Positions 60,654 through 64,000 of a stretch of DNA of 64,000 nucleotides are shown here, piece by piece (within the stretch, counting starts at the first letter, position 1; each line of letters begins with the position of its first letter). The stretch is from the IMG/VR virus record IMGVR_UViG_3300028654_000384, positions 124,001-188,000 of that record; one strand, 5' to 3'. The notes under the pieces are model-generated. The model was not told the origin of the DNA. It was given only the letters and a program-made list of their open reading frames with translations, and did no database searches. A program made the translations under genes and the position numbers.

Positions 60654-60875
60654 ATGGAAACCTTGAGCACCGAATTGGTGGGATTGCCCCGGAAATTGGC
60701 GTCGGTCCGGATGCGTTTGGTCGATGCTCGTGTTGGCCTCGACCTGTTCATCGCCGAGGCACAAAAAGCGCTGGCCACGCGCGAGCTGACGGTTGATCAA
60801 CACGTGTCGCTGTCGGCGATCTTGGCATCGGTGGAACTCGAGGCCATGCGCTTTGACGTCATCGGCGCACCGTAA
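60654..60875 (+). CDS. helical hypothetical protein
   Basis: Own promoter. Confidence 0.6.
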   Translation: METLSTELVGLPRKLASVRMRLVDARVGLDLFIAEAQKALATRELTVDQHVSLSAILASVELEAMRFDVIGAP

Positions 60876-60926
60876 CTATAGTCGCTTTGTGTGGATGATT
60901 GGCGACGCGGCTAACTAGTTAAGATC

Positions 60927-61391
60927 ATGTTTTCTATGTCCGATCTCATTGGTGCCGGCTTCCTTGGCATCAGTGCTGGCGCAGGCTTTGCTGGCGCTGT
61001 TTTCAGGAAGATGTACGGTGGGCCGGCGCCGAGTGTGGACGGAGTGAGCTTCCCGCCTCGATCAAAACCCGCCACGCGGCTCTTTGCATCGGGCACAGTG
61101 CTGGTCACTGGTTCAGGCGAACTCATCATTGACGAGGTGTTGCCGGCGATCAAGACGATCCTCGAAAACCCCGACATCTACATCGTCATTGAGTTTGACC
61201 CGAACGCACCTGCACCGCCTCCCTGCGCTGGTGGTTTGCCCGATGAGTGCGATTGGACGCTGTGTTTTAAGCACGTCCATGACGACACTCACATCGATCC
61301 GAAACAACGCCACGAAGAACTCAAGTTGAAGATTGAGTGGCGAGTGGCGGCTGCGCGTTTCCTCACCTGGCGGATCTACTTCCCGGTCTAA
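60927..61391 (+). CDS. hypothetical protein, tandem paralog of next gene, with N-terminal TM
   Basis: G..LVTG.G..II ..PPC..DE..W ..L.I.WRV..AR..W. Confidence 0.7.
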   Translation: MFSMSDLIGAGFLGISAGAGFAGAVFRKMYGGPAPSVDGVSFPPRSKPATRLFASGTVLVTGSGELIIDEVLPAIKTILENPDIYIVIEFDPNAPAPPPCAGGLPDECDWTLCFKHVHDDTHIDPKQRHEELKLKIEWRVAAARFLTWRIYFPV

Positions 61392-61395
61392 GGCA

Positions 61396-61707
61396 ATGGA
61401 CGATCGGCACTACCCCCACCCAAAGCAACGCGTGCTGGGCCACGGTAATTTGCTGGTCACCGGCCATGGCCATGTCATCATTGAAGAACGACTGCGACGT
61501 AGCCGTGCATTGCTGGTGAGATCGATTGAAGCCGTCTATGTTGCGTTTAGTGCCGACGATCCCCCGTGCCCGCCCTGCAGCTCATCAGCGCCTGATGAGC
61601 TGTCGTGGGAGACGATCGAGCGTCACCGTGGCGAGCTGTACCTGAAGATCAATTGGCGCGTGTCATGTGCACGCACGATCAATTGGAAGGTGTTTGAGAT
61701 AGAGTGA
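61396..61707 (+). CDS. hypothetical protein, tandem paralog of previous gene
   Basis: GNLLVTGHGHVII..PPCPPC..DELSW..LKINWRV..AR..W. Confidence 0.7.
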   Translation: MDDRHYPHPKQRVLGHGNLLVTGHGHVIIEERLRRSRALLVRSIEAVYVAFSADDPPCPPCSSSAPDELSWETIERHRGELYLKINWRVSCARTINWKVFEIE

Positions 61708-61711
61708 GGTC

Positions 61712-62671
61712 ATGAGCCTCACCTTCCTTGTCTACGGCTGGTTCAACAAGCAAAACGTCGGCGATGAGCTGATGAAGCAGGCACTCCGCGTCATCTTTGA
61801 GCCCAAGAGCGTCGACCTGCGCTTCGTCGATCACATCAGTACCCAACAATTGGTGGGCGTCGATGCCGTCGTGTTCGGTGGTGGCAGCATCCTCTACGAT
61901 GATCCCGTCATCGATGCCGGAGTGTTGGCGGCGTTGTTGGCACGTGAAGTGCCCACCTTCTACGTCGGCGTGGGCGGCGAGACGGCGGTGGGCCGGGTAC
62001 ACCAACAATTACTCGACGTCGCCGAGCTCACCTTCTTTCGGGAGCTCGATGTACCTGACCTGGTCTATGCGTTGGAGCCCGACCTCAGCACGTTGGCCCA
62101 CCCGCCCAAGGGCGTGCTCTTCGTGCCCAACGTTGAGGTGGTGCCCACCCATGCCGAGCCACACTGGGCCCACGTGGCGTGGGAGCACTTCAAGAACGAG
62201 GTGGCACAGTGCCTCGATCAGTTCATCGATCGCGGCGTGCCCGTCTCCTTCCTGCTGATGTGCAACGGCGAACAGAAGCAGGACGCATGGCCTGCGGCCG
62301 AGCTGATGGGCAGGATGCTGCGACGAGCGCCTCGCCTGTGGACGTATGCAGCGACTGACCTGTCGATCACTCGCTTGATGCGACACTTTGAGTGTGTTGT
62401 CACGCAGCGTTATCACGGCATCATCCTGTCAGAACTGGCGGGGGTGCCCTACGTCAGCATCGCCCACCACGACAAATTGAAGCTCGCGCAACCACACCGA
62501 GGCCAGCACTTGGCATACCACGCCATGAATAAAGACATGCTGACGGATGCACTGGAATTGGCTCGCACCACGCCCATCGCGCCGCACCGTGTCCCGCGCA
62601 AGGTGTACGATGACATGGTCGATCAGATCATCAGCGTCGTCACCGGCGGAAGAAAGAGTGGGCACACATGA
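61712..62671 (+). CDS. polysaccharide pyruvyl transferase family protein (WcaK-like)
   Basis: GWF...NVGDELM, FGGGSIL, FRE, VPD, TQRYHG.I motifs. Confidence 0.8.
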   Translation: MSLTFLVYGWFNKQNVGDELMKQALRVIFEPKSVDLRFVDHISTQQLVGVDAVVFGGGSILYDDPVIDAGVLAALLAREVPTFYVGVGGETAVGRVHQQLLDVAELTFFRELDVPDLVYALEPDLSTLAHPPKGVLFVPNVEVVPTHAEPHWAHVAWEHFKNEVAQCLDQFIDRGVPVSFLLMCNGEQKQDAWPAAELMGRMLRRAPRLWTYAATDLSITRLMRHFECVVTQRYHGIILSELAGVPYVSIAHHDKLKLAQPHRGQHLAYHAMNKDMLTDALELARTTPIAPHRVPRKVYDDMVDQIISVVTGGRKSGHT

Positions 62672-63966
62672 ACAGGTTCGTTGCATCACGAAGAGGCAGC
62701 ATCTATGCAGTCTCCAGTGCCCCCATCGTGGCTCCCGATGCTGTCGACACCGAAGTCGTTGAAGTACCAGACGTCCACGCTGACGTCGACACCGCCATGT
62801 TGATCACACACTTTCGGGTGCGCGGCGGCAAGGTACAACCGCGACGGGGCTCACCCGGCACCGCCAGTGCGTTGAAGTTGGCGCTGGTCGGCAACTGGAA
62901 GATGCGGTGCGGCATTGCCACGTACAGCGAGAACCTGTGGCCCGAAATCGCCAAACACGTCGGCGACTTCAAGCTGTTCATCGAGAAGAATGAGCAACCC
63001 ACTGGGCCCACCAACGTCATCGGCGACGTCGCTGTCCCACCTGAGAAGGTGCTGGCGTGCTGGCGGAGGGGCGAGCCGCTGGCCGAGCTGGTGAAGGCGA
63101 TCAAGGACTATGAACCTGACGTGGTGCTAATTCAACACGAATTTGGCCTGTGGCCCAACGCAGGACACTGGCTGTCGCTGATGAGCCAGTTGAGCAACTA
63201 CCGCGTCATTGTGACGATGCACAGTGTGTTTCGACACCGTGACAAGACGATCGTCGAGGCGGCGATCCCCGAGATCGTGGTGCACCTCGAGGGCGCCAAG
63301 CGAGTGTTGAAAGAGGAGAAGGGGGTGCCCGGTGAGGTCTATGTCATCCCACACGGGTGTGCTCCAGTCACTGACGTTGAGCGCCTGTGGAATTTCTATA
63401 AGTCAGATCGAACGCTAATGCAATTCGGATTTGGCTTTAGATACAAGGGGTTTGAGCTGGCGATCAAGGCGACCGACGTGCTGCGGCGCAGGTACCCCGA
63501 CGTCTTCTTCACCGCGTTGTTCAGCGAGTCGCCTTACAACTTGATCGATCACCAGGTCTATTACGACGAATTGATGCACCTCGTCGATGACCTCGATCTC
63601 CATAACAACGTGGCAATCATCCGGGGTTACCAAAGCGACACTTCGCTTGACTCCTACATGCGGACGAATCAGGCGATCCTGTTTCCCTACATCAGTCACC
63701 CGGAACACGAAGTCTTCGGTGCCTCGGGCGCCGCGCGGCTGGCGATGTCGAAGATGGCACCCATCGTCACTACGAGTGTCAATCACTTCAGCGACTTGCC
63801 GACGTTGAAAGCAGACACCCCTGAACAGATCGCCGATGCTCTTGACGCGATGTTCTCCAATCCGATCGCTCGCAAAGTGCAGGTCGATCGGCAACTAGCT
63901 TACTTGAACGACAACACTTGGGCTCGGGTTGGCGTCCGCTATGTAGAACTGTTCACGAAGGTGTAG
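62668..63966 (+). CDS. GT4 (GT-B fold) glycosyltransferase
   Basis: CGIATYS..L, IQHEFG, TMHSV, VIPHG, FGF...KG.E, FPY, SGAARLAM. Confidence 0.85.
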   Translation: MNRFVASRRGSIYAVSSAPIVAPDAVDTEVVEVPDVHADVDTAMLITHFRVRGGKVQPRRGSPGTASALKLALVGNWKMRCGIATYSENLWPEIAKHVGDFKLFIEKNEQPTGPTNVIGDVAVPPEKVLACWRRGEPLAELVKAIKDYEPDVVLIQHEFGLWPNAGHWLSLMSQLSNYRVIVTMHSVFRHRDKTIVEAAIPEIVVHLEGAKRVLKEEKGVPGEVYVIPHGCAPVTDVERLWNFYKSDRTLMQFGFGFRYKGFELAIKATDVLRRRYPDVFFTALFSESPYNLIDHQVYYDELMHLVDDLDLHNNVAIIRGYQSDTSLDSYMRTNQAILFPYISHPEHEVFGASGAARLAMSKMAPIVTTSVNHFSDLPTLKADTPEQIADALDAMFSNPIARKVQVDRQLAYLNDNTWARVGVRYVELFTKV

Positions 63967-64000
63967 TGTTATTCATGGTCAAGCACGTAAATGAAAGGGC

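Noticed and set aside
1-64000. tRNA, rRNA or tmRNA genes
   Set aside because: No T-loop GTTCRA cloverleaf or rRNA signatures found by eye; tRNAscan/Infernal would be needed to exclude them fully

Overview
This window looks like part of a large, GC-rich tailed-phage (jumbo-phage-like) genome. It has dense, short, translationally coupled ORFs (ATGA/GTGA/TGATG overlaps), no rRNA/tRNA/CRISPR, and isolated host-like auxiliary genes: groEL, infA, map, a RadA/Sms-type ATPase, an ApaH/PrpE-like phosphoesterase, NRDE/TANGO2, a CCA-enzyme-like HD domain, OmpA, glycosyltransferases and methyltransferases. Several secreted and outer-membrane proteins resemble myxobacterial ones, so a Myxococcota host is inferred but not proven. 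Highlights: (1) a four-gene operon (TolC-like + HlyD/MFP-like + processive GT2 synthase with QRKRW + GH18-like lipoprotein) that looks like a complete phage-borne exopolysaccharide synthesis/secretion system; (2) about 59 divergent paralogs of a 65-130 aa KOW/SH3-like PG-x-L ... C-L-V-I ... G-W protein in tandem arrays; (3) a strict promoter regulon, GTGYAA-N18-TAnnnT, in 24 copies, 16 of them followed exactly 6 nt later by the start codon (leaderless mRNAs), with a 23-bp palindromic operator 7-8 bp upstream of five of them; (4) an AT-rich GIY-YIG homing endonuclease that appears to have recoded the 5' end of its neighbour. All product calls come from motif recognition by eye; no database searches were run.
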